A stretch of 64,000 bases of DNA, from assembly GCA_963821225.1 (NCBI GenBank), contig CAWGCY010000004.1:401595-465594 (forward strand). Reading direction: 5' to 3'. The stretch comes from Thermoanaerobaculia bacterium. GTDB taxonomy: Bacteria; Acidobacteriota; Thermoanaerobaculia; UBA5066. The position numbers were made by a program, and so were the translations under genes. Shown one piece after another: positions 19,420-28,737 of this stretch. The stretch's first letter is position 1. Every line of letters begins with the position of its first letter. The notes below the pieces were generated by a model, which was not told the origin of the DNA, ran no database searches, and was given only the letters and a program-made list of their open reading frames with translations.

Positions 19420-21210
19420 GTGCGCCGGCACCTGCCGGGCGCGCATGGAAGCGAGAAGTCGGTGACGGTAGAAGAGAAACACCCCGAAGTCAGAACGCTG
19501 ATCAACCTCGGCAAGGAGCGCGGCTACCTGCTCTACGACGAGATCTATCAGGCCTTGCCCGAGGAGCTCGCGAACGCCCCGGACGAGTTGGACGAGATCT
19601 ACATCCGATTCGGGGACTTCGGCATCGAGGTCGTGGACGTCCCCGAGAAGGCGACGAAGAAGGCCGGGCCGGCCGCCGGTACGGAGACGACGGTGCCCGA
19701 CCCCGCGACCGTCGAGAAGACGAACGACCCGGTGCGCATGTACCTGCGCGAGATGGGCACCGTGAAGCTGCTCGACCGCGAGGGCGAGGTTTCGATCGCG
19801 CGGCGCATCGAGAACGGCGAGGCGAAGATCTACCGCGCTCTCTCGACGAACAAGGTCGTACTCGGCGAGATCCTGAAGATCGTCGAACAGGCCAAGAAGG
19901 ACAAGAACGTCGCCCGCGGGTTCCTGGAGTTCGCGGCTGCCGCGCTCGAGGAAGCCGACGAGATCGACCCGCGCACCGCGAACCGGATCGGCTCGATCCA
20001 GAAGCACTTCGAGAAGATCGCGAAGCTCGACGGAGAACTCCGCAAGCTCGCCGACCGCAAGAGGCCGGCGCTGAAGCCGAAGAAGCTCTCGGTCAAGGCG
20101 CTCGTGCACGCGAAGGCGAAGGCGGCGGGAAAGCCCGTGCCGCCGACGAAACCCGTTCCCGTCGTGGATCCCGCGATCGACCGGCGCGTCTCGGAGATTG
20201 CGCGCCTCATCCATGCGATCGACTTCACGCCGGCCACGCTCCTGCGCATGGTGAACATGCTGAAGGACCTCGACCGGCAGTTCGCGATGCCCGAAGCCAC
20301 GATCCGGCAGGACCTCGCGAACCTGAAGAAGGAGAAGAACGAGGTCCGCCGCGATTTCTACAAGCGTCGCGTCGGGAAGTACCGGCAGATGCTCAAGGAG
20401 CTCGAGGAGAAGTACCGGATCGACCACGACGAGATCAAGCGGACGATGAAGCTCATCCGCGAGGGCGAAGGCGAGGCCGACCAGGCCAAGCAGGAGCTGA
20501 TCGTCGCGAACCTGCGTCTCGTCGTCTCGATCGCGAAGAAGTACACGAATCGCGGGCTCCAGTTCCTCGACCTCATCCAGGAAGGAAACATCGGCCTGAT
20601 GAAAGCCGTCGAGAAGTTCGAGTACCGCCGCGGCTACAAGTTCTCGACCTACGCCACCTGGTGGATCCGCCAGGCCATCACGCGCGCGATCGCCGACCAG
20701 GCGCGCACGATCCGCATTCCGGTCCACATGATCGAGACGATCAACAAGCTCACGCGCACCCAGCGCTCGCTCGTGCAGGAGTTCGGCCGCGAGCCCACCG
20801 CCGAGGAGATCGCGAAGCGCATGGACATGCCCGCCTCGAAGGTCCGCAAGATCATGAAGATCGCGCAGGAGCCGATCTCCCTCGAGACGCCCATCGGCGA
20901 GGAGGAGGATTCGCATCTCGGCGACTTCATCGAGGATCGGCAAGTCATCTCGCCGATCGACGCCGTGATCGTCGCGAACCTCAAGGACCAGACGCGCCGG
21001 ACGCTGAAGACGCTCACCCCCCGCGAGGAGCAGGTCCTGCGCATGCGCTTCGGCGTCGGAGACGGGTCGGAGCACACGCTCGAGGAAGTGGGGAAGAGCT
21101 TCAACGTGACGCGCGAGCGCATTCGCCAGATCGAGAGCAAGGCGCTCCGCAAACTGCGGCATCCCTCGCGGGCGAAGAAGCTGCGGCCGTTCGTGGACGT
21201 CGGGCAGTAA
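19420..21210 (+). CDS. rpoD: RNA polymerase sigma factor RpoD (sigma-70)
   Basis: Region 2 [74 protein letters not shown]. Regions 3 and 4 are present. GTG start 1 nt after the dnaG stop. Confidence 0.9.
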   Translation: MRRHLPGAHGSEKSVTVEEKHPEVRTLINLGKERGYLLYDEIYQALPEELANAPDELDEIYIRFGDFGIEVVDVPEKATKKAGPAAGTETTVPDPATVEKTNDPVRMYLREMGTVKLLDREGEVSIARRIENGEAKIYRALSTNKVVLGEILKIVEQAKKDKNVARGFLEFAAAALEEADEIDPRTANRIGSIQKHFEKIAKLDGELRKLADRKRPALKPKKLSVKALVHAKAKAAGKPVPPTKPVPVVDPAIDRRVSEIARLIHAIDFTPATLLRMVNMLKDLDRQFAMPEATIRQDLANLKKEKNEVRRDFYKRRVGKYRQMLKELEEKYRIDHDEIKRTMKLIREGEGEADQAKQELIVANLRLVVSIAKKYTNRGLQFLDLIQEGNIGLMKAVEKFEYRRGYKFSTYATWWIRQAITRAIADQARTIRIPVHMIETINKLTRTQRSLVQEFGREPTAEEIAKRMDMPASKVRKIMKIAQEPISLETPIGEEEDSHLGDFIEDRQVISPIDAVIVANLKDQTRRTLKTLTPREEQVLRMRFGVGDGSEHTLEEVGKSFNVTRERIRQIESKALRKLRHPSRAKKLRPFVDVGQ

Positions 21211-21237
21211 CGTGCTATATTTACCATTCGGCCGTCG

Positions 21238-21312
21238 GGGTCCGTAGCTCAGCGGTCAGAGCCACCGGCTCATAACCGGCGGGTCCCTGGTTCGAATCCA
21301 GGCGGACCCACC
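21238..21312 (+). tRNA. tRNA-Met (anticodon CAU), elongator type. tRNA-Ile2(LAU) cannot be excluded.
   Basis: Cloverleaf: acceptor GGGTCCG/CGGACCC, D-arm GCTC..GAGC, anticodon loop CTCATAA, T-arm CCTGG-TTCGAAT-CCAGG. G1-C72 pair argues against initiator tRNA. Coordinates +/-1. Confidence 0.8.
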
Positions 21313-21416
21313 GGACGGTTCCGACGGCGACGGACCGAGAGGAGAGGGGACATCCGGGCGCGACGAGACACTTCCGATCCCACGGGCGCTTTCGAGTGCC
21401 GGGGGTTCGTGCAACC

Positions 21417-21446
21417 GGGCGCCTTTGCGGCGCCCTTTTTCCTTTT
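21417..21446 (+). terminator. Rho-independent terminator downstream of tRNA-Met
   Basis: GGGCGCC-TTTGC-GGCGCCC hairpin followed by TTTTTCCTTTT. Confidence 0.55.
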
Positions 21447-21488
21447 CAGGGGGTTCAGGATGATCGGGATGACGAGGTGAGCGCGACG

Positions 21489-22208
21489 ATGACGAGTCCG
21501 CTCGACAGGCTGTTTCTTCTCCAGGAGGTTCTTCTCGAGGTTCACCAGAAAACCGAGCGCCGGGACAAGACCCCGGACCACCTCGTCCACATCGAAGCCG
21601 CCTACCGCGACGCACGGCGCCAGCGGGAGGCCGCGGGGGCCGTCCTCTCGCAGGCCGAGGAGCGCAAGAGAACGCTCGACGGCGAAGTGGAGGATCTCAA
21701 CGAGCACCTCAAGAAGTACCAGCAGCAGCTCCAATCGGTGAAGACGAGCCGCGAATACAGCGCGCTTCTGAACGAGATCGACGGGATCAAGCGCGAGGTG
21801 AGGACCCGCGAGGACGAGCTCCTCGCCCTCGACGAGACCGTGGCCGGGTCGTCGACCGAGCTGGATCGGCGAGACGAGGAGTTCCCCGCCGAAGAGGCGG
21901 GCTACGAGGAGCAGATGAAGGAGTGGCGGGCGGAACAGGCCGTTCTCGACGCCGAGATCGCCCAGGCGAACGCGCGGGTGACGTCCCTCCGGGCCGAGCT
22001 CGAACCGCGGCTCCTCAAGACGTTCGAGCGGATCAGGCACAAGCGGGCCGGCGTGGCGGTGGCCCGCGTCGACATGGTCGGGCCGCAGACGGCTGCCTGC
22101 TCGGCCTGCCACGTGCGTCTGCGCCCGCAGCTCCTGTCGGACCTCAGGCTTTCGAAAGAGACGGTCTTCTGCGAAAGCTGCAAGCGAATCCTCTACTGGA
22201 TTCCGTGA
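21489..22208 (+). CDS. COG1579-type zinc-ribbon, coiled-coil protein (C4 zinc ribbon at C-terminus)
   Basis: Long coiled-coil (EERKRTLDGEVEDLNEHLKKYQQQLQSV...) and a terminal CSACHVRL...CESCKRILY zinc ribbon. ATG at 21489 is in-frame within the longer GTG-initiated track ORF. Confidence 0.65.
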   Translation: MTSPLDRLFLLQEVLLEVHQKTERRDKTPDHLVHIEAAYRDARRQREAAGAVLSQAEERKRTLDGEVEDLNEHLKKYQQQLQSVKTSREYSALLNEIDGIKREVRTREDELLALDETVAGSSTELDRRDEEFPAEEAGYEEQMKEWRAEQAVLDAEIAQANARVTSLRAELEPRLLKTFERIRHKRAGVAVARVDMVGPQTAACSACHVRLRPQLLSDLRLSKETVFCESCKRILYWIP

Positions 22209-22615
22209 AGGGCAAAGAACGCCTCGTTCTCTATTTCGACGGGGCGTCGCGGGGGAATCCGGGCCCCTCGTCCTACGGGGTCTGGTCGCCCGCGGGCCTC
22301 GCGGATTCGAAGAGGCTCGGCTCCACGACGAACAACGTCGCGGAATGGCGCGGTTTTCTCGCGGCCCTCGACCTCGCGCTCGCATCCGGCGCCCGGGACG
22401 TCGAAATCCGCGCAGACAGCCAGCTCGTCCTCCGGCAGTTCTCCGGCGAGTACCGCGTGAAGGCGCAACACCTCGTCGCCTTCCTCGAAGAGGCGCGGCG
22501 TAAGGCACGCGGGATCGAGCGCCTCCGCGTCGTCCATGTCCCGCGCGAGGAGAATCGTAAGGCGGACGCGCTCGCGAACCATGCGCTCGACGCGACCCCC
22601 CCTTCGCGCTCGTGA
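22205..22615 (+). CDS. rnhA: Ribonuclease HI
   Basis: VKGKERLVLYFDGASRGNPGPSSYG...TNNVAEWRGFLAAL...ADSQLVLRQ...VPREENRKADALAN is the RNase H catalytic DEDD pattern. The GTG start overlaps the upstream stop (GTGA). Confidence 0.8.
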   Translation: MKGKERLVLYFDGASRGNPGPSSYGVWSPAGLADSKRLGSTTNNVAEWRGFLAALDLALASGARDVEIRADSQLVLRQFSGEYRVKAQHLVAFLEEARRKARGIERLRVVHVPREENRKADALANHALDATPPSRS

Positions 22616-22619
22616 CCCG

Positions 22620-23309
22620 ATGCCGGAGCTGACGCGGGAGAAGGAAATCGCCTCGCGCGTCGCCGAGGTGAAGCGCCGCATCGCAGCGGCCGCCGCGCGG
22701 TGCGGCCGAACGGAGGAAAGCGTCCTCCTCGTCGCGGTCGGGAAGACGTATCCGCTCTCCGACCTGCTCCTCGCCCATGCGGCCGGAGTGCGCGCGTTCG
22801 GCGAGAACCGCGTCCAGGAGGCGGAGGAGAAATTTCCTCATCTGCCGGCCGACACCGCGAGACATCTCATCGGCCCGATCCAGTCGAACAAGGCGAATCG
22901 CGCCGTGAAGATCGCCTCCGTCGTCGAGACGGTCGACTCTCTGGACCTCGCCCGGCGGCTCGATCGCGCCGCCGCGATGGCGAAAAGACGCCTCGCCGTC
23001 CTCGTTCAGGTGCGCCTCGGCGGGGAAGCCACGAAGTCGGGCGTGGAGCCGGCCGCGGCCGCCGCGCTCGTCGCGTCCGTGAGGGAGCTGCCGGCGCTCG
23101 ACCTCAGGGGGCTCATGACGATCCCTCCGCCGGGGGACACGCGAAAGCACTTCGCGGCTCTGAGACGTCTCGGCGAAGCGCTCGGACTTCGCGAGCTCTC
23201 AATGGGGATGAGCGACGACTTCGAGGCCGCCGTCGAGGAAGGCGCGACCTTGGTGCGCGTCGGCAGCGCGATCTTCGGTGCACGGGAGCCGAGGAATGAG
23301 ATTTCCTAG
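22620..23309 (+). CDS. yggS: YggS-family pyridoxal-phosphate homeostasis protein
   Basis: ...LVAVGKTYP...RAFGENRVQE...LIGPIQSNKA...LMTIPPP...LSMGMSDDFEAAVEEGATLVRVGSAIFG is the canonical YggS/PROSC pattern. Confidence 0.8.
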   Translation: MPELTREKEIASRVAEVKRRIAAAAARCGRTEESVLLVAVGKTYPLSDLLLAHAAGVRAFGENRVQEAEEKFPHLPADTARHLIGPIQSNKANRAVKIASVVETVDSLDLARRLDRAAAMAKRRLAVLVQVRLGGEATKSGVEPAAAAALVASVRELPALDLRGLMTIPPPGDTRKHFAALRRLGEALGLRELSMGMSDDFEAAVEEGATLVRVGSAIFGAREPRNEIS

Positions 23310-23385
23310 AAGGTGAAGAGGGAGTGCCCCGGAGCGTCGGGAGCGCCCGAACTCGTGCGGGGACGTCCTTGCTAATCTGCTGGGG

Positions 23386-24060
23386 ATGAGACCGACTTAC
23401 GCGATGCGCTTCTCCGCCCCGCCGGGTTGGCGCCGCATCCCGCCCGTGACGCGCGGCGTACTCGTCGCCGTCGGCGCCGGCTATCTCCTGACTCTCGCCG
23501 CCCCCGCCTCGGCCGTATGGCTCGCCCTCGCACCGGCGGCAGTTCTCGCCGGGGAGGTCTGGCGGATCCTCACGTACGCGGTCGTCGAGGCGTCGATCGT
23601 GAGCGTACTCTTCGACCTCCTCCTGACGTGGAGCTTCGGCAGCGAGATCGAGCCACGGTGGGGTTCGCGACGGTTCGCGCTCTTCCTCCTCGGCGCGACG
23701 GCCATCGCGGGAGGCCTCGGACTCCTCGTCGGGGGCGGCGTCGGCCTCACCCCGACGCTCCTCGCGTTGATCTTCGCGTGGATGCTCGAGGGTCCTTCGC
23801 AGCGTCTCTCGTTCTTCGGCGTTCTCCCGATGACGCGCCTGGGGTTCGCGGTTCTTGCCCTCGTCCTCGTCGTTTTCTCCGAGCTGCAGGCGTCACGCTC
23901 CCTCGCGCGGCTCGTCTTCGTCCTGGGCGGCTTGCCCGTCGCGTGGCTCTTCGTTCGCGGTCTTCGCGGCGGCGGACCGCGCTTTCCGCGAATGAGGAAC
24001 CCGTTTCGTCGCCGGCGCTTCACGATCGTCGACACGGGGCGCGATTTCCGCGTGCATTGA
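23386..24060 (+). CDS. Polytopic membrane protein (rhomboid-like fold?), function unknown
   Basis: 6-7 hydrophobic helices. No clear GxSG rhomboid catalytic motif. Confidence 0.35.
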   Translation: MRPTYAMRFSAPPGWRRIPPVTRGVLVAVGAGYLLTLAAPASAVWLALAPAAVLAGEVWRILTYAVVEASIVSVLFDLLLTWSFGSEIEPRWGSRRFALFLLGATAIAGGLGLLVGGGVGLTPTLLALIFAWMLEGPSQRLSFFGVLPMTRLGFAVLALVLVVFSELQASRSLARLVFVLGGLPVAWLFVRGLRGGGPRFPRMRNPFRRRRFTIVDTGRDFRVH

Positions 24061-24089
24061 TTTGAGTCCAAAGGGTTTATAATCAACAC
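24050..24089 (+). promoter_or_regulatory. Putative promoter giving a leaderless divIVA-like transcript
   Basis: TTGATT, then a 15-nt spacer, then TATAAT (24078-83). The -10 element lies only 6 nt before the ATG at 24090. The tract is AT-rich in a GC-rich genome. Confidence 0.3.
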
Positions 24090-24605
24090 ATGAGACCCAC
24101 AATCAGCTCGCTCGAGATCCGCAAACGGCTCTTTTCGAAGCGATTTCGCGGGTTCGATTCTGTCGAAGTCACGCAGTTTCTCGACGCCCTCGCCGAGGAT
24201 CTCGAGGAGATGGCGCGCGAGCTGGACGTACTCGAGCGCGAGAACGCGCGGCTCACGGAGGAAAACACCCGGCACCGCGACACGGAGGCCACGCTGAAAG
24301 AGACGCTTCTCCTCGCCCAGCGGTCGGCCGACAGCTTGCGCGAGGCGAGCGAGAAGGACGCCGGCCGCATCGTCAGCGAGGCCGAGGCGAAAGCCGATCG
24401 GATGGTGCAGCAGTCTTTCGCGCGAATGGCCGAGACGGAGAAGAAGATTCGCGAGCTGCGCATGGAGCGGCGGAACTTCCAGCTGAAGCTCCAGAGCACG
24501 ATCGACCTCTTCCAGCAGGTCCTGAACTTCGACAAGGAAGAGGAAGGTCTCGAAAGCTCGATTTCCGTCCATCGCCCGAAAAAGCGCGAGGGGGAGACGG
24601 CCTGA
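24090..24605 (+). CDS. divIVA: DivIVA-domain cell-division/polar scaffold protein
   Basis: N-terminus MRPTISSLEIRKRLFSKRFRGFDSVEVTQFLDALAEDLE matches the DivIVA lipid-binding domain, followed by a coiled-coil. Confidence 0.75.
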   Translation: MRPTISSLEIRKRLFSKRFRGFDSVEVTQFLDALAEDLEEMARELDVLERENARLTEENTRHRDTEATLKETLLLAQRSADSLREASEKDAGRIVSEAEAKADRMVQQSFARMAETEKKIRELRMERRNFQLKLQSTIDLFQQVLNFDKEEEGLESSISVHRPKKREGETA

Positions 24606-24694
24606 ATCGGCTGTCCGTCCGGCATCTCGCCGAGCTGGCGACGCCGGAGGGGGTCACGGCTCGCGCCGGCGCCGCACAGGGCGGGATCCGACGC

Positions 24695-25894
24695 GTGAAA
24701 CACGCGGCGCTCCTCGTCGAGGACGGCCTCCTCGCGTTTGCGGGCACGGATCTGGAGTTCGTCCGCCGGTTCGGTGAGGCCCCCGCGCCGGGGGAGACGG
24801 TCCTCGACGGCAGCGGCAAGACGGCCGTGCCGGGCTTCGTCGACGCGCACACGCACCTGCCCTGGGACGGTTTCCGCGAGGACGAGTTCAACCGCCGGCT
24901 GAAAGGGGAGACGTACGCGGCGATCGCGGCCAAAGGCGGCGGCATTCTCGCGACCGTCGCCACGACCCGCGCCGCCTCCGAGGAGACGCTCGCCTCGAAC
25001 GTGCGCGCGCGGCTCGACCGCATGCTCAAGCACGGGACGACGTTCTGCGAGGCGAAGACGGGCTACGGCCTGGACCTCCGGAACGAGAAGAAGCAGTTGC
25101 GCGCGCTGCTTGCGGGCGCGAAAGGTCATCCGGTCGGCGTCGCACCGACGGCGCTGCCCGCGCACGAAGTGCCGCCCGAGCGCCGCGGATCTGACGCGCT
25201 CAGACGCCGCTACGTCGAAGAGTGCTGCGCCGAGATCCTGCCCGCGCTCGCGGACGGTGGAGCGCGGTTCGTCGACGTCTTCTGCGAAGAGGGCGTCTTT
25301 TCCGTCGAGGAGTCGCGTGCGATCCTCGAGGCGGGGAAGGCCGTCGGCCTTCGGCCCCGCGTCCACGCGGACGAGCTTTCGCCCCTCGGCGGAGCCTCGC
25401 TCGCGGCCGAGGTCTCGGCCCTCTCGGCCGACCACCTCCTCTACGCGACGGACGAAGGCATCGAGGCGATGGCCAGGGCCGGCGTCGTGGCGACGCTCCT
25501 GCCGGGGACGAGCGTCTTCTTGCGGATGAACCGCTACGCGCGGGCGCGCCGGATGGTCGATCGGGGCGTCGCCGTCGCGCTCGGAACGGACTGCAATCCG
25601 GGCTCCTCCTATACCGAGTCGCTGCCGGCCGTCGCATTCCTCGCCTCCGTGGGCATGGGTCTCACGGCGGAGGAGACGCTCACGGCGATGACGCTGAACG
25701 CCGCCGCGTCGGTCGACGAGGCGAACGGGCGAGGGTCCCTCGAACCGGGCAAGCGCGCCGACGTCGTCCTCCTCGAGGCGCCCTCTCTCGAGCACCTCGT
25801 CTATCACTGGGGCGTCAACCTCGTGTCGGACGTTCTCTCCGGGGGAGAGCACGTGATCTCCCGGGGCGACCTGCTAGGCTCGCCCGCGTCATGA
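24695..25894 (+). CDS. hutI: Imidazolonepropionase (amidohydrolase)
   Basis: VPGFVDAHTHLPW metal-binding motif. ...TTFCEAKTGYGL... HADEL... LGTDCNPGSS. GTG start. Confidence 0.8.
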   Translation: MKHAALLVEDGLLAFAGTDLEFVRRFGEAPAPGETVLDGSGKTAVPGFVDAHTHLPWDGFREDEFNRRLKGETYAAIAAKGGGILATVATTRAASEETLASNVRARLDRMLKHGTTFCEAKTGYGLDLRNEKKQLRALLAGAKGHPVGVAPTALPAHEVPPERRGSDALRRRYVEECCAEILPALADGGARFVDVFCEEGVFSVEESRAILEAGKAVGLRPRVHADELSPLGGASLAAEVSALSADHLLYATDEGIEAMARAGVVATLLPGTSVFLRMNRYARARRMVDRGVAVALGTDCNPGSSYTESLPAVAFLASVGMGLTAEETLTAMTLNAAASVDEANGRGSLEPGKRADVVLLEAPSLEHLVYHWGVNLVSDVLSGGEHVISRGDLLGSPAS

Positions 25895-26529
25895 CGGGCC
25901 TCGCGGCGCTCTCCGTCTCGGACTTCTCCCTCGCCCTCGCGTCCGACGCTCCGGCGCCGGGCGGCGGCTCGGCCGCGGCGGCGACGGGAGCCTCGGGCGC
26001 CGCCCTCCTCGCGATGGTCGTCCGCCTCACGCTCGGCAAGGAGAAATACCGGGCCTCCTGGCAGGAGCTCGAGGCGCATTCGGCTCGGCTCGAAGCAGCC
26101 CGCGTCCGCCTGCTCGAGCTCGTGGACGAGGACACGAAAGCCTTCGACGCCGTCGTGGCCGCCCGGCGCCTTCCAAAGGACACGCCGGAGGCCGCCGCGC
26201 GAAGGACGCGCGCGGTCGACGAGGCGAACCTCCTCGCGACCACGGTGCCGATGCAGACCGCGTTCTTCGCGCAGGAGGCGCTGAAGGCGGCGCCTTCGGT
26301 GCTCGAGAAAGGCAACCCGAACGCCGCGTCCGACGCGTGGGTCGCCGCTCTGCTTCTCCACGGCGCCGCGCTCGGCGCGCTCGCGAACGTCAGGATCAAC
26401 CTGCCGGGCGTATCCGACCCGGAGCTTTCGCAGGGATTCCGCGAGGATGCCGACGACCTCGAGAGAAGGGCCGCCGAGGCTCTCGAGAAGACGCGCGCTC
26501 TCGCGAAGGCCCGCCACCTCACCCTGTGA
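25891..26529 (+). CDS. Formiminotetrahydrofolate cyclodeaminase / methenyl-THF cyclohydrolase family protein (FTCD C-terminal-domain-like)
   Basis: ATG overlaps the hutI stop (ATGA). All-helical ~210 aa: ...FSLALASDAPAPGGGSAAAATGASGAALLAMVVRLTLGK... is typical of the cyclodeaminase domain. Confidence 0.65.
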   Translation: MTGLAALSVSDFSLALASDAPAPGGGSAAAATGASGAALLAMVVRLTLGKEKYRASWQELEAHSARLEAARVRLLELVDEDTKAFDAVVAARRLPKDTPEAAARRTRAVDEANLLATTVPMQTAFFAQEALKAAPSVLEKGNPNAASDAWVAALLLHGAALGALANVRINLPGVSDPELSQGFREDADDLERRAAEALEKTRALAKARHLTL

Positions 26530-27563
26530 GGCCGCGGCCTCGCGCCGCGGCCCTCGCCGCGCTTTCTCTCGTCCTCTCGGGCAGGCTCACGGCCGCGGTT
26601 CTCGGGTTCGACCGGCCGGCGGACGCGTTTCAGCCCGCTCCCCAAGGCTTCCATCTCGTGGAGGATCCCCCCCAACCCGCGGCCCCGGCGCGTATCGAGG
26701 TCCCCGTTTCGCCGCCGCTGCGCCTCTTCGACCGCAAGACCACCCTCGTGACCGCCGCCGTTCTCGTCGGCTCTCCGATAGTCGGCTACTTCGCCTGGTG
26801 GCACACGTCGACCAAGTCGACCTTCGACGTGGCGAACGAACGCTGGTTCCAGCGCGACACGTACTCGGGCGGAGCCGACAAGGCGTCGCACGTCTTCCTC
26901 GGCTACATCTCGACGGTCACTCTCCAAAGCTTCTACCGGTCGCTCGACAAGACCCCCGCCCAGGCGCGCGGCCTCGCGCTCGGCGTCATGGTCACGGCGG
27001 GCGCTCTCATCGAGATCGGAGACGGCTTCTCCAAGTACGGCTTCTCCTGGGAGGACATCGCGGCAAACGCGATCGGGGCGGCCCTCGCGACGGGGCTCGA
27101 CGCGTGGAGCCTGAAGGGCACGGTCGGCCTGCGCTTCGGTTACGTGAAGGCGCGGATTCCCGATGCGTGCTGCCGCTACGGCGGGTACGGCGACGACTAT
27201 TCCAAGGAGGTCTACTCGGCAGACCTCAAGCTCGCGGGCTTTCTGCCGCGCATCGGCGTCCGGCCGGGACCGGCGCGGTTTCTCCTCCTGTCGGTCACAT
27301 ACGGCTCGAAGGGTTACCGCTATTCGGACGCGCCGCTCAGGCAGCGCAACGTCGGCCTCGAGATCGGCCTGAACCTCCGCGAGGCGCTCCTCGCGGTGGG
27401 CGTACCGGAGAAGAAATGGTGGGGGAAGGTCCTCCTCGCGATCGGAACGTACTTCCGCGTCCCGTACACCTCGTTCGGCTGGCACTACGACCTGAACCAC
27501 GGGACGTGGAGCGGGCCGGACACGGGGGATCACTTCGATCCGGGGTCGATCGTCTACGACTGA
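26526..27563 (+). CDS. Exported hypothetical protein (possibly DUF2279-like periplasmic/outer-membrane protein)
   Basis: The GTG start overlaps the upstream stop and gives a signal peptide (MRPRPRAAALAALSLVLSGRLTAAV). Trp/Tyr/Gly-rich beta-type composition. The track ORF starts earlier inside the upstream gene. Confidence 0.45.
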   Translation: MRPRPRAAALAALSLVLSGRLTAAVLGFDRPADAFQPAPQGFHLVEDPPQPAAPARIEVPVSPPLRLFDRKTTLVTAAVLVGSPIVGYFAWWHTSTKSTFDVANERWFQRDTYSGGADKASHVFLGYISTVTLQSFYRSLDKTPAQARGLALGVMVTAGALIEIGDGFSKYGFSWEDIAANAIGAALATGLDAWSLKGTVGLRFGYVKARIPDACCRYGGYGDDYSKEVYSADLKLAGFLPRIGVRPGPARFLLLSVTYGSKGYRYSDAPLRQRNVGLEIGLNLREALLAVGVPEKKWWGKVLLAIGTYFRVPYTSFGWHYDLNHGTWSGPDTGDHFDPGSIVYD

Positions 27564-27569
27564 GGGCGG

Positions 27570-28685
27570 TCAGCCCGCGCGCCGCTCCTCGAGCCAGTCC
27601 TGGAAGCGGTCGCGCGGCCACGTGTTCACGACGCGATCCTTCGGGACGACAGCGAGGCGCGCGACGGCGAGGCCGTAGTCGAGGAACGAAAGATGCGCGG
27701 CCGCGTGCGCGTCACTCGAGACGGAGAAGAGGCAGCCCGCTTGGACGGCGATCCGCGCGAGTGCGGGCGGCAGGTCGAGGCGCTCGGGGCACCCGTTCAG
27801 CTCGATGGCCACTCCACGTCGCGCAGCCGCCGCGAAGACGCGCGGCCAGTCTGCGCGCACGCCGCTTCGCATGTCATAGAGGCGCCCTTTCGGGTGGCCG
27901 AGGACGGCGACGCCCGGCGTCTCGATCGCGCGCACGAGCCGGGCCGTCTGGTCGCGCGGGCTCCTCAGGTCCGTATGGACGGAGGCGACGACCGCGTCGA
28001 GCTCCGGCACGCTCCCCGGCGTCACGTCGAGCGAGCCGTCCTCCGCGATGTTCGCCTCGGCTCCGACGAACATCCTCAAGGTCCAGGCGCGGAGGTTCAA
28101 AGCGTCCACCTCTCGCCGCTGCGCGCGGAAGTCGGCGGGAAAGAGGCCCCCCGCGACGGCGCAATCCCGCGCGTGGTCGGTCAGGAGGGCATAGGTGTCG
28201 CCGCGAGCCTCGAGAGCGCGGTGGAGCGCGGCGAGCGGCATCCGGCCGTCGGAGCGGTCGGTGTGGAGGTGGGCGTCGCCGCGCAGGTCCGCGGGGGAGA
28301 TCCCGCCCGGCGCCGAAAGGATCCGATCCACGTCCGCGCGCGAGAGGAAGTCCGCCTTGCGATTCGCGCCGGGGTCGGCCTGGTCGAGCATCGCAGCGAG
28401 GGCATCGCCCACGTTCTCGTCCGAGCCGCATGCGAGGAAAGCCGCGATCGTGTCAGCGGCCCGAGGCGAGACGCCCGGCAGGGTGACGACCGCGATGCGG
28501 CGCCCGAAGAGGTCGATGCCGAGCTGGCGAAGCGTCCTGGCGGCGGCGCGGTACTCGGTGGCGCGGCGGCTCGTCGGATCCTCGGCGGCCGCGAGCGCCA
28601 GGAGCGCGGACGCGAGCCGCCCGTTCGTCACCGGAGGCGCAGCAGGGGGGAACGGGACCGACGGGGGAGACGGGCGTGCCGACAT
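27570..28685 (-). CDS. PHP-domain (polymerase/histidinol-phosphatase-like) metal-dependent phosphoesterase, PolX C-terminal-like
   Basis: His/Asp-rich motifs (DAHLHTDRSDG, HTDL, LGHPKG, SSDAHAA) typical of the PHP domain. N-terminal region is HhH-like. Confidence 0.6.
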   Translation of the reverse strand: MSARPSPPSVPFPPAAPPVTNGRLASALLALAAAEDPTSRRATEYRAAARTLRQLGIDLFGRRIAVVTLPGVSPRAADTIAAFLACGSDENVGDALAAMLDQADPGANRKADFLSRADVDRILSAPGGISPADLRGDAHLHTDRSDGRMPLAALHRALEARGDTYALLTDHARDCAVAGGLFPADFRAQRREVDALNLRAWTLRMFVGAEANIAEDGSLDVTPGSVPELDAVVASVHTDLRSPRDQTARLVRAIETPGVAVLGHPKGRLYDMRSGVRADWPRVFAAAARRGVAIELNGCPERLDLPPALARIAVQAGCLFSVSSDAHAAAHLSFLDYGLAVARLAVVPKDRVVNTWPRDRFQDWLEERRAG

Positions 28686-28737
28686 CGCGCCTCACCCCGA
28701 TTGTAAGGGCGAAGCGGCCCGATAGACTCGGCGGCCG

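Noticed and set aside
19381-19423. Apparent 1-nt discrepancy between my manual codon count and the ORF-track coordinates at the dnaG/rpoD junction
   Set aside because: Most likely my own counting slip in the formatted sequence. ORF-track coordinates were verified as consistent at several other loci (17592, 21396, 22205), so the track was trusted and no frameshift is claimed.
19213-21162. 649-aa antisense ORF opposite rpoD
   Set aside because: rpoD identity on + strand is unambiguous. The antisense translation is low-complexity.
21238-21312. Possibility that the CAU tRNA is initiator tRNA-fMet
   Set aside because: Position 1-72 is a Watson-Crick G-C pair. The anticodon stem lacks the three consecutive G-C pairs characteristic of bacterial initiators. 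Called elongator Met, possibly Ile2.
25222-26529. Long + ORF 25222..26529 (435 aa) overlapping hutI in another frame
   Set aside because: Only the C-terminal 212 codons (from ATG 25891, overlapping the hutI stop) carry the cyclodeaminase-like sequence. The upstream part is Arg/Gly-rich alternate-frame read-through.
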